Of a stretch of 64,000 bases of DNA, positions 1 through 9,000 are shown piece by piece. Source of the DNA: Dehalococcoidia bacterium. Lineage in GTDB: Bacteria; Chloroflexota; Dehalococcoidia; UBA6926. Both the position numbers and the translations under genes were made by a program. The notes under the pieces are model-generated. The model made no database searches and had not been told where the DNA came from. It was given only the letters and a program-made list of their open reading frames with translations. How positions within the stretch are numbered: position 1 is the stretch's first letter; each line of letters opens with the position of its first letter. The stretch spans positions 2,014 through 66,013 of the forward strand of contig CBDBLR010000003.1 in the NCBI GenBank assembly GCA_965207115.1. The letters are read 5' to 3'.

Positions 1-636
1 ATGCTCGCAACCCACACCATAGAACCCGAAGACTTGTTCACGATTTCGGCGGGCGGCTTCAACGCCACCGCCGACGCCTTTGCCCGCGACGACCGCACCG
101 ACGGCCTCTGGTTCGTCTCGATGGTCGGCTCCCAGACGGCGCTCAAGGCGATCTGGGCCTCCCTCCTCAAGCAGCCCCCGGACACAGCTCACCTCATCAG
201 GGGCGCGGATGGGATGGCTTTGACCGGCGGCTACGAACGCTGCGTCATTCCCTACGAGTCGGTGGGTACCTGGACGACCAAGATAGCCCGGCTCCCTGGC
301 TCAGGCGGCTGGCATGCGCTCGTGTACTCGAAGATGGCTGAGTTCAGCTTTGAGCGGGACTCCTTCCTGCTGCTGGCGCAGTCGGAGGAGGAGGCCCCGG
401 CGCTGCACCACCGCTTCCTGGACCGGCGCAGCCCGCTGCCCCTGCACGGCTCCTGGGCCGACTGGCTCTGGAAGCGGGGCATCGACAACGGCGAGATACT
501 CCCGCTTCAAAGCGTGGGCGTCTCGGCCTACAGGTGCTCTCCCAAGGCCGACAAGCTCAGGGATGATCTCTCCGACGCCGTTGCGTCGGGCTTGCTCACC
601 CTGCCCAGGGAGGATTCCGATGGACAGGACGCTTAG
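1..636 (+). CDS. hypothetical protein (211 aa); window begins at its ATG so the 5' end may or may not be complete
   Basis: Long ORF, no recognisable motifs. 3' end overlaps next ORF by 17 nt (operon-like). First gene of a co-directional cluster. Confidence 0.35.
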   Translation: MLATHTIEPEDLFTISAGGFNATADAFARDDRTDGLWFVSMVGSQTALKAIWASLLKQPPDTAHLIRGADGMALTGGYERCVIPYESVGTWTTKIARLPGSGGWHALVYSKMAEFSFERDSFLLLAQSEEEAPALHHRFLDRRSPLPLHGSWADWLWKRGIDNGEILPLQSVGVSAYRCSPKADKLRDDLSDAVASGLLTLPREDSDGQDA

Positions 637-1030
637 GAGGGCCAAGCGCAACAGCAAGCGGCGCGGCCAGCGCAACGTCGGGGCATGGGAGCGCTTCTGC
701 CCCGACGGGAAGACGTGCAGGTACTGCCCCCACGACGGGAGCCAGCACCTGGTCTCCTCAAGCCAGCCTCACTTCTTCAGGCCCGCAACGGAGACCGAAC
801 GGCGCGACCTCTCGGTCATGCTCTACCGGCACACACCGGCGGAAGGCGGCTCGACGCTGGTGCGGCGCATCACCGTCGCCAACCGAGCCGAGCTGATCAC
901 CGCCTATTGCGTGACCTGCGCGGAGAGCATCGGCACACACCAAGTCCTCTGCTACCAGCGCAACCTTGCCATCGGAGAGGTGGTCGGATTGGTAATCAAC
1001 GGCCACAAGGACATCGGAATCACCGCCTGA
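620..1030 (+). CDS. small Cys/His-rich putative zinc-binding protein (HNH-like arrangement CxxC...HD...N...CxxC), 136 aa
   Basis: ATG at 620 in frame with track ORF 314..1030. Motifs CRYC-PHD ... N ... CVTC. Spacing atypical for canonical HNH, so function uncertain. Confidence 0.3.
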   Translation: MDRTLRRAKRNSKRRGQRNVGAWERFCPDGKTCRYCPHDGSQHLVSSSQPHFFRPATETERRDLSVMLYRHTPAEGGSTLVRRITVANRAELITAYCVTCAESIGTHQVLCYQRNLAIGEVVGLVINGHKDIGITA

Positions 1031-1055
1031 CGCGGCAACGGAAAGGAGAGACGAC

Positions 1056-2093
1056 ATGAGACTTGCAGCACAGTCCAAGGGGGGCTACTACCCCACGCCC
1101 GACCGGGTGGTGGACCTGATCGCGGGGCTGATCGACGCGCCCTACGGCTACCACCACCGCAACCAGGAGACGCTGCGCATCCTCGACCCCTGCTGCGGGG
1201 CCGGGGACGCGCTGGCGCAACTGGCGGGGGAGTTCCGCTACCGGGCCTCCCTCCCCGTGGAGACCTACGGCGTGGAGCTTCACCGGGACAGGGCGGAGGA
1301 GGCGCGGAAGAGGCTGGACCACACCTTGGCCGCAGACCTGTTCGCCACCTCCATCGCCAACGGGGTCTTTGGCCTCGCCCTAGTGAATCCTCCCTACGAT
1401 CACGACTCGGAGGACAAGCGCGTCGAACATGCCTTTTTGACCCACTGCACGCGCTACTTGGCCGAGGGTGGGCTGCTGGTGTTCATTGTGCCCCGGCAGA
1501 GGCTATCGGTCTCGGCCCGCTACCTATCCACCCACTATCGGAACCTCAACTGCTGGGCCTTCCCCGTCCCCGAGCGTGAGGTCTTCGACCAGGTGGTCTT
1601 GCTGGGCTACCGCAAGGCAGACCCTGTGCCCGACGCCCACGCCGAGGAGCAGGTGAGGGCGTGGGCCGAGGGAGAGCCGGAGCCTTTGGGCCGGGTGCGC
1701 TACCCCGCCTTCAGGGCGACGGCGACCCCGGCGGGGGACATCCTCTTCACCACCCGCACCGTGGACCCCGTCGCTGCGGCGACCGAGGCCAGGCGGTCGG
1801 GACTGTGGACCAGCACGGCGATCACGGACACCTTGTGGCCCGCACAGGACAACCGCACCCGGCCGCTGATGCCCCTGCGACGCGGCCACATGGCGATGCT
1901 GGTGGCGGCGGGCTTCCTCGACAACCTCGTCCTCGAATCCGAGGGACAGCGCATCCTAGTCAAGGGCAAGACTTCCAAGGAGATGGTGATGGTCGAGGAC
2001 ACCCCGGAGAAGGAGGTCTACCGCGAGCGGCTCAAGACCACCGTCGTCTCCCTGGACCTGGGCGACGGCGAGATCGTCGAGATAGCCGCGTAG
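1056..2093 (+). CDS. gamma-class N6-adenine (amino) DNA methyltransferase, 345 aa
   Basis: Motif X GGYYPTP, motif I DPCCGAGDAL, motif IV LVNPPYD in order X-I-IV with C-terminal TRD. RBS AAAGGAGAG upstream of ATG. Confidence 0.8.
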   Translation: MRLAAQSKGGYYPTPDRVVDLIAGLIDAPYGYHHRNQETLRILDPCCGAGDALAQLAGEFRYRASLPVETYGVELHRDRAEEARKRLDHTLAADLFATSIANGVFGLALVNPPYDHDSEDKRVEHAFLTHCTRYLAEGGLLVFIVPRQRLSVSARYLSTHYRNLNCWAFPVPEREVFDQVVLLGYRKADPVPDAHAEEQVRAWAEGEPEPLGRVRYPAFRATATPAGDILFTTRTVDPVAAATEARRSGLWTSTAITDTLWPAQDNRTRPLMPLRRGHMAMLVAAGFLDNLVLESEGQRILVKGKTSKEMVMVEDTPEKEVYRERLKTTVVSLDLGDGEIVEIAA

Positions 2094-2217
2094 ACGGCTG
2101 CACCCGCAGCCGCGGCAACGAGGCCCCGCTCTGTCCCGCGATGGGACGGCGGGGCCTCGCCTCGTTTCGGAAGCAACGCAACATACCTCTATATATAAGG
2201 AAAGGAATGAGAGAACC

Positions 2218-2427
2218 ATGCAAGCAACCATGACGCTAAAAGCCTGCTGCCGGTGCGGGCAGCCCATCGCCCCCGGCGAACCGGCCATGCAGACCGCCTC
2301 GGTGGACATCGACGATTACGGACGAGTGGTCTCCTCGCCGGTGAAGTCCTACCACCTGAGCGGGCGCTGCTACGAGGACGCCAGGGCCGCCGAAGCCGCC
2401 CGCAGAAAGGCGTTGCTCGCCGCTTAG
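2218..2427 (+). CDS. small zinc-ribbon protein (69 aa)
   Basis: Strong RBS AAGGAAAGGA before ATG. CCRCG...SGRCY Cys pairs. Sits between MTase and helicase. Confidence 0.45.
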   Translation: MQATMTLKACCRCGQPIAPGEPAMQTASVDIDDYGRVVSSPVKSYHLSGRCYEDARAAEAARRKALLAA

Positions 2428-2543
2428 ACGGCTCGCCATCGAGCCGCACATCCAACGAGGCCCCTGCGCCTCGCCAAGCCTGCCCCGTACTCGATACGGG
2501 GTCATCGGACACGCCCACAACCTACATAAGGAAGGAGAACGAC

Positions 2544-4916
2544 ATGAACCTCGGAGAGTTCATCGACACGTACAAGGAGGCCATCGCCCAGCGGGTGGTG
2601 GAGTCCTACCCGCCGCTCTACCGGCCCTCGGAGAACGGCGGCACGCTCCCTCGCCTGCTCCGCTCCCCCCTGGGGGCGCAGGGGGACGCCATAAGGGGCG
2701 CGGCCCTCTCCCTCGAAGCCCACCGGGGAACGACGGTGGTGGGCGAAATGGGCACGGGCAAGACCTTTATCGGCGCGGCGGCGGCGCACATGGCGGGTTT
2801 CCAGCGCATCCTGGTGCTCTGCCCGCCCCACCTGGTTCCTAAGTGGAAGCGGGAGGTGGAGAAGACGGTGCCCGGCGCCCGCGCCGCCATCGTCACCTCC
2901 ATCACCGACCTGGAGCAGCTCCGCTTCTCCATCGGCTCAGGCCCCCTGTTCGCCGTGATGTCGAGAGAACGGGCGAAATTGTCCTACCGCTGGCAGGCCG
3001 CCGTCACCTACCGGTGGGCCACGTCGAGGGGAAGGCTCATCAGGGACGAGGAGACGGGAGAGCCCTTCCGGGTCCCCTGCTGCCCCGACTGCACGGCGCA
3101 GATCACGGACAAGGATGGCGTGCCGCTGACGGATGCCGACCTGAATCGCCGCAAGCACACCTGCCCCGACTGCGGCATTCCCCTGTGGCAGGCCGACAAC
3201 TCCGGCCCCAAGCGCTACCCGCTTGCGGACTACGTGAAGCACCACATGGGGGGCTTCTTCGACCTGCTGGTAACTGATGAGGTCCACGAGTACAAGGGGC
3301 GCGGCTCGGCCCAGGGCATCGCTGCCGGTGTCCTTGCAGACGCCTGCGGGAAGTCCCTCTCCCTGAGCGGCACCCTCATGGGCGGGTACAGCTCCACGCT
3401 GTTCCATCTCCTCTACAGGTTCAGCCCGGAGATTCGGTCGGAGTTCGGGCGCTCCGAGGAGGGGCGCTGGATCGAGCGGTACGGCTTCGTCGAGCACTCA
3501 ATCGGCAAGCCCGACGACGAGTCGATGGAGGACGGGCGCAACAGCAGGCGCAAGAAGTTCCGTAAGGTGGTCCGGGAGAGGCCGGGGCTTGCCCCATCAG
3601 CCCTCTTCCACCTCATCGGCAACACCGTCTTCCTCCGTCTCACCGACGTGGCGTCGGGGCTGCCGGACTACACCGAGCAGATACTCCTGTCCTCGATGGA
3701 CTCGGAGAAGGACCACACGGGCTACTCCCAGCGCAGCGCCTACGACACCGTGTTCGAGGAACTGCGCAAGGAGCTGGCGGAGGCCCTCAAGAGCGGCTCC
3801 AAGAGGCTGCTGGCTACGTACTTGCAGACGTTGTTGGCCTACCCGGACGGGTGCACCAAAGGGGAGACGGTCTTCGACCCCAGGTCGGGCGACGTCATCG
3901 TGCAGGTGCCGCCCCTGTCCGAGGAGAAGCTCTACCCGAAGGAGCAGGCGCTCATCGATCTGGTGGCCGCCGAGCGGATGGAGGGACGCAGGGTGCTGGT
4001 CTACGTCACCCACACGGGGACCCGGGACATCACCGGGCGCATGGACGACATCCTCACCCGGCACGGCTTCCGGGTGGCGGTGATGAAGGCCGACGCCGTG
4101 GCCCCCGACAAGAGGGAGAAGTGGGTCGCCGACAGGGTGAAGCAGGGCATCGACGTCCTCATCTGCCACCCCAGGCTGGTACAAACCGGACTCGACCTCA
4201 TCGACTTCCCGACAATAGTTTGGGATGAGATAGATTACAGCGTGTACGTGATGAGGCAGGCATCACGTCGGTCGTGGCGCATCGGGCAGACCCGCCCGGT
4301 GAAGGTGGTGTACATGAGCTACCGCAACACCCTACAGGCCGACGCCCTCAAGCTGGTGGCGAAGAAGCTGCAAAGCTCGCTAGCGGTGGAAGGCGAGCTG
4401 CCGGAGGACGGGCTGGCCGCCTTTGGGGACGACGGGGACGACATGATGATGGCCCTGGCCCGCAAGATCGTCAGTGGAGACGAGGAAGAGAACGAGGCCG
4501 AGACGGTGGAGGAGGTCTTCGCCCAGGCGCGGAACGCCGAGGCCACCGCCGAGGAGCTGCTGGTGGACGACGGCTGGAAGGTCGTCGAAGTGGAGCCGGA
4601 GACCGTCGCGGTCAACGGCAACGGCCACCATGTCAACGGCAATGGTCACGACGACCTGTTCGGCATCGGGCCGACGGTGGAGCTGGTTCCGGCCAACGGG
4701 CACGCGCCCGCCAACGGGGCCAACCGGAACGGTCACCACGACGAGGCCGAGGAGCCGCAGGAGACGCTGTTCTCCTGGGCGGAGTTCATGGCCGAGGAGC
4801 CGGTGAAGCCGAAGCGCCGAGGTCGCAAGCCTCAGACCGCAACCATGTCCATGTTCGAGTGGGCACTCAGCCTTGAGCAGGAGCGAGAGGGGGAGCTGGT
4901 CGGCGCGGGACGTTAG
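2544..4916 (+). CDS. SNF2-family (SF2) helicase with inserted zinc ribbon and low-complexity Asn/Gly/His acidic tail, 790 aa
   Basis: Walker A GEMGTGKT, motif II LLVTDEVHEYKG, motif III SGTLMGG, motif VI QASRRSWRIGQTRP. CCPDC...CPDCG Zn ribbon between motifs I and II. ATG 2544 preceded by AAGGAAGGAG; the track's GTG-2253 extension lacks RBS support. Confidence 0.85.
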   Translation: MNLGEFIDTYKEAIAQRVVESYPPLYRPSENGGTLPRLLRSPLGAQGDAIRGAALSLEAHRGTTVVGEMGTGKTFIGAAAAHMAGFQRILVLCPPHLVPKWKREVEKTVPGARAAIVTSITDLEQLRFSIGSGPLFAVMSRERAKLSYRWQAAVTYRWATSRGRLIRDEETGEPFRVPCCPDCTAQITDKDGVPLTDADLNRRKHTCPDCGIPLWQADNSGPKRYPLADYVKHHMGGFFDLLVTDEVHEYKGRGSAQGIAAGVLADACGKSLSLSGTLMGGYSSTLFHLLYRFSPEIRSEFGRSEEGRWIERYGFVEHSIGKPDDESMEDGRNSRRKKFRKVVRERPGLAPSALFHLIGNTVFLRLTDVASGLPDYTEQILLSSMDSEKDHTGYSQRSAYDTVFEELRKELAEALKSGSKRLLATYLQTLLAYPDGCTKGETVFDPRSGDVIVQVPPLSEEKLYPKEQALIDLVAAERMEGRRVLVYVTHTGTRDITGRMDDILTRHGFRVAVMKADAVAPDKREKWVADRVKQGIDVLICHPRLVQTGLDLIDFPTIVWDEIDYSVYVMRQASRRSWRIGQTRPVKVVYMSYRNTLQADALKLVAKKLQSSLAVEGELPEDGLAAFGDDGDDMMMALARKIVSGDEEENEAETVEEVFAQARNAEATAEELLVDDGWKVVEVEPETVAVNGNGHHVNGNGHDDLFGIGPTVELVPANGHAPANGANRNGHHDEAEEPQETLFSWAEFMAEEPVKPKRRGRKPQTATMSMFEWALSLEQEREGELVGAGR

Positions 4917-5046
4917 GCCGCAAGGCACAGGGGGAGGACGACGCCGCATCGTGGCGTCCTCCCCCTGCTCGCCGATGTGTGTGGACTTTTTGTGTTTCTG
5001 AGGAAGCGCTTCCCTCGTTCACGGCCATGTGTGTTGGCCTTTTTGT

Positions 5047-5076
5047 TTGTCTCGAAGCCGCCGGTAATCGTATAAT
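5047..5076 (+). promoter_or_regulatory. near-consensus sigma70-type promoter (TTGTCT-18 nt-TATAAT)
   Basis: -35-like TTGTCT 5047-5052, 18-nt spacer, perfect TATAAT 5071-5076, about 40 nt upstream of ATG 5116. Confidence 0.5.
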
Positions 5077-5115
5077 GTCAGATAGTGTGCGTTCCTAGTA
5101 CGCAAAGAGGTGAGC

Positions 5116-5379
5116 ATGACAACACGCCCCCGCGACGAGACGGCCCGCATCGGGAAAGAGATATATGAGAGGGACATTCGCCATCTTGTCGAGGCGGACC
5201 ACCATGGGGATGTCGTCGCCATCGACATCGGCAGCGGATGCTATGCCCTCGGCAAGAATGCCATTGACGCGTCCGAAGGACTGCGGGACCAACACCCGGG
5301 CGCCCAAGTCTGGCTGATGCGGGTCGGACACCGGACGCTGTATCGCTTCGGAGGCAACTCTCTTCGGGGAGCCGGGTGA
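5116..5379 (+). CDS. small hypothetical protein (87 aa), upstream partner of retropepsin-like protease
   Basis: SD GAGGTGA before ATG 5116. Stop TGA overlaps the next start (ATGA coupling). Confidence 0.5.
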   Translation: MTTRPRDETARIGKEIYERDIRHLVEADHHGDVVAIDIGSGCYALGKNAIDASEGLRDQHPGAQVWLMRVGHRTLYRFGGNSLRGAG

Positions 5380-5750
5380 TGGAGGGTGTCGTCAACGGCC
5401 GTCTCGAAGCCATCATAACAGTTTTCCTGCTAGGCTCTGCGGGGCATGCGAGAGAAATCGACGCCGTGGTTGACACCGGCTTCAACGGCTTTCTGACCCT
5501 GCCACCGATGCTGGTAGCTGACTTGGCGCTGCCTGTCGTAGGTGAGGGCGAAGCGGTCCTCGCCGATGGCAGCGAGGCTGTCTTTGACGTGCATAGCGTC
5601 ACGGTGCTCTGGGATGGTCAACCGAGAGCCGTAGAGACTGGGGCGGTTGGCGGGGACCCGTTGGTGGGAATGGCTCTCATGGAAGACCACGACTTGAGAA
5701 TTCGAGTGTGCAACGGCGGGCGAGTGCTTATAGAGGCTACGTCACAGTAA
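5379..5750 (+). CDS. retropepsin-like (clan AA) aspartic protease, standalone about 120-aa type
   Basis: Catalytic motif VVDTGFNGFLTLP (D-T/S-G) and size match bacterial/archaeal single-domain retropepsin-like proteases. Start overlaps upstream stop. Confidence 0.7.
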   Translation: MEGVVNGRLEAIITVFLLGSAGHAREIDAVVDTGFNGFLTLPPMLVADLALPVVGEGEAVLADGSEAVFDVHSVTVLWDGQPRAVETGAVGGDPLVGMALMEDHDLRIRVCNGGRVLIEATSQ

Positions 5751-6032
5751 GACTGCCGCACATGGGTCGCTTCGAACGCCCCCAAGTCCACTTCTCATAG
5801 ACTGACATTTTCATTGAACAGGTAGACCCTGACAGAATCATTGAACAACAACAACTAGCCTCCGTTCATCTTGACATCTCCGTCCAGATTGGCGGATACT
5901 CTACGCTGGTTTCATGTGACTTGCGTTGATTACAGCTAGAAAATATAGCGATCCAGCGCCCGCACCGCGTCGTGGCATAGGCCGGGCGACCAGGGAGGTT
6001 TGACGACATGACTAACCTGCTGAGGAGCTCTA

Positions 6033-6045
6033 CCCCCCCCCCCCC
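6033..6045 (+). repeat. homopolymeric C13 tract in 5' leader of giant surface-protein gene
   Basis: 13 consecutive C read directly; ends 14 nt before ATG 6060. Confidence 0.85.
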
Positions 6046-6059
6046 GATTTTCGTGGGGA

Positions 6060-9000
6060 ATGCCTGTCGTGAGACGCCCGGCAAGGACCTTCCTCGCCTT
6101 GATGCTGGCTGTGGCGGCGTTGTTTGCGCTGCTGGTCGGCGGGACTGAGAACGCCTCCGCCCAACAACAGTCGCAGGCGCTGGTCAGCAACATTGGTCAG
6201 TCCGACAGCGGGCGGGGCGCATGGGGCAACGACTATGCCCAGGCGTTTACCACAGGCAGCGAGAGCACGGGCTACACGCTGAACAGCGTCGATATCGAGA
6301 TCGCGGGGATCAACGATTTCTCTGCTCTTTCTTCGAAACTAACGGTCACCATCCGCAGCGGTTCCGGCATTACTCCGGGTGCGGTGGTCGGCACCCTGAC
6401 GAATCCCTCCAACCGGATCTTCACCTCGGACCAAACGCTCAACTTCGCTGCGCCCGGGGCGGGCATTGACCTGGCGGCGGACACCAAGTACTGGGTCATG
6501 GTCGACGTGACCGGGAACATTTCGGGCCAGACCAATAGCGACGGCCTGCGCAACACGGCATCGGACGCCGAAGACTCCGGCGCCGCGGCCAGCTGGAGCA
6601 TTGCCGACGACAGCCGGCACCGGACCCGGACCTCAACCGGCGCCTGGACCACCTCTACCGAATCCATGAAAATCCGGATCGTCGGCGGCGTGAAGCCGCC
6701 GCTCATCAGCAACCTCGGTCAGGCGGACACCGGCGGCACGGGGTTGAATATCGACCAGGCCCAAGCGTTCACCACAGGTGGCAACGGCGGGGGTTACACG
6801 CTAACCAGCGCCGATTTGGTAATCGGCCTGAACAACGATTCTGCTCTCTCATCGAAACTGACGGCCACCATCCAGAGCCCGCTGGGCACGGTCATCGGCA
6901 CTCTGACGACTCCCGCCATCCCAACGACGAACTCGAATCAAACGGTCAACTTCGCCGCGCCCGGGGATGGCATCGACCTGGCGGCGAACACCACATACTG
7001 GTTGGTGTTCGACAGTACAGGAGTCTCAACGGGTGATGCTAGTACCGGAGCTACCCCATCGTCCGCCGAGGACTCCGGCGGCGCGGACGGCTTCAGCATC
7101 GCCAACGACAGATGGTACCGGTTCCAGAGCGATACTTCTTGGACTCAGATCGGCGGCAGCGCGCTGAAAATCCGCATCATCGGCGGCGTGAAGCTGCTTA
7201 CAGTGAACGCCGACGGCAGCTACACGGTGCCCGAGGACTGGGCGCTGCTCCCGGCGGGCTTCGGGCCTGGGGACCGGTTCCGGCTGATGTTCATGACGCA
7301 GGGTATGGAAAGTGCGCTTCGAAGCGACATCGGGTTCTACGACACGTATGTGCAAGGCGAGGCGGAGAGCGGGCACGGCGCCATCCGGCCGTATGCGGAG
7401 CTGTTCAAGGTGGTGGGCTCGACCTCGGCGGTGGACGCCCGTGACCACCTGGACATGAACCCGAGCAGCGACGGCGCGGGCCATCCCGTCTACTGGCTGC
7501 GCGGCCCCCGCATCGCGGATGACACCGCCGAGTTCTGGTCGGACAACTGGCAGAACTGGACGATTGCCAACCGCCGCAACGCGAACGGGAACGAGATGAC
7601 CGGCAGTGCGAGAGGCGACTGGCACTGGACCGGCACGCGAGCGGACGGGAGGGGGCACGCCTCCTTGCATCTGGGGAGCAACGACCGGGTTATGCGGGGC
7701 CGGTTCCTGAACTTCACCTCCGACCGGAACCCGCTCGACCACACCGGAACGCCCCGGGGCCAGGACCACTCCTTCTACGCCATGTCGCCGGTGTTCGTCG
7801 TGGATGGCCTCACCTATCTGGACCCTGGCAGCAACCCCCAGACTGGGAAACTCGTCGAAATCGACAAGACCCGCTTCAAGGTGGACGAGCCCGCCAGCTG
7901 CGGGGTGAACGAGGGCCGCAAGCAGAACGAGCGTGATAGTGATAGAGAGGGTAAGTGGGAGTCAACCATCGCGGACGACACGACGTACTCGTACAACGTG
8001 CGGCTGTTGCGGGACCCGGCGCTCGACCCGAAGATCGACACGGTGAAGGTTGAAGTGGTGGGCGGCAGCCCGCCCGACTGGTGGACGGCGCACCGGGCAG
8101 GGTTTGTGACGGTGGAGGACAAGGCTCCGGATATTGAGCCCAAGCAGGTCCTGCATTTCGATTCGTCCAACTGGGACCAGTGGCAGAACGTCCAGCTGCG
8201 GATTCACTGCGCGGACCACTTCCACTTCGGCGATGTCACCTGGCGGCAGTTCCGGCACGTCAGCTACACAAACAACAAGAGAAGGGATGGTAGGACTTTC
8301 CTGCAGAACGAAGAGCCGGTGGTGAAGGTGAAGGTGTTCGACAACCGGATACCGGCGTTGATGGACAGCTACAGCCACGAACTGAGCATGCAGGCGGAGA
8401 CCAACGAGTACGGCCGCCGTGGGGTTGAGACCGAGGTCATCAACTACGTGTACTGGCAGTGGAAGTTGCCCGGCGTCACGGGCAACGTGGACAGCGATGC
8501 GGACAAGCACTTCTCCCACTGGCATCTGCGGCTGCTCGCGGACAATAGTGTTGGTGGCAATGCACCGGACTGGGTCAAGAACGTCTCGACCGACGAGGGG
8601 TACTCCTTCAATCCGGACGGCAGATACAAGGCTGGGATGCGGATGCGGGGTCTGCCGACCAAGACGCCGTTCACCGCGCCTCCGAACAAGCAGTACCGGC
8701 TCGACATCACTCCGGTGACCCTGCGGGAAGAGATGGCGGAGGGCGCGAAGCTGACCGTCTGCATAGAGATGCGGGACGTGCGTCCAGACTGGGACACCCC
8801 CAACTGGCGGGCGTACTACATCCCCTGCACGCCGGCGCTGAATGCCCTGAGCCCCCAGCAGATGGCCCCGCCGGTGACCCCGACAGTGTTCATCGCGGGG
8901 GCCGGGGGCGGAGATGAAGGGCAGGGCTCCGTCTTCTTCATCAACACGAACCCCAAGCCCAGGTCCCCGCTGAAGGTGAATGTGGAGGTCACGGCCACGG

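Noticed and set aside
2253-2543. 97-codon N-terminal extension (GTG 2253) of the helicase ORF in the six-frame track
   Set aside because: No RBS, Arg/Pro-rich high-GC read-through. ATG 2544 has a strong AAGGAAGGAG SD and gives a sensible helicase N-terminus. The extension also overlaps the small Zn-ribbon gene.
5751-5800. tRNA-like GGTCGCTTCGAACGCC segment
   Set aside because: Does not match the T-arm consensus (GGTTCGAATCC) and no cloverleaf could be assembled; no tRNA or rRNA recognised anywhere in the window.
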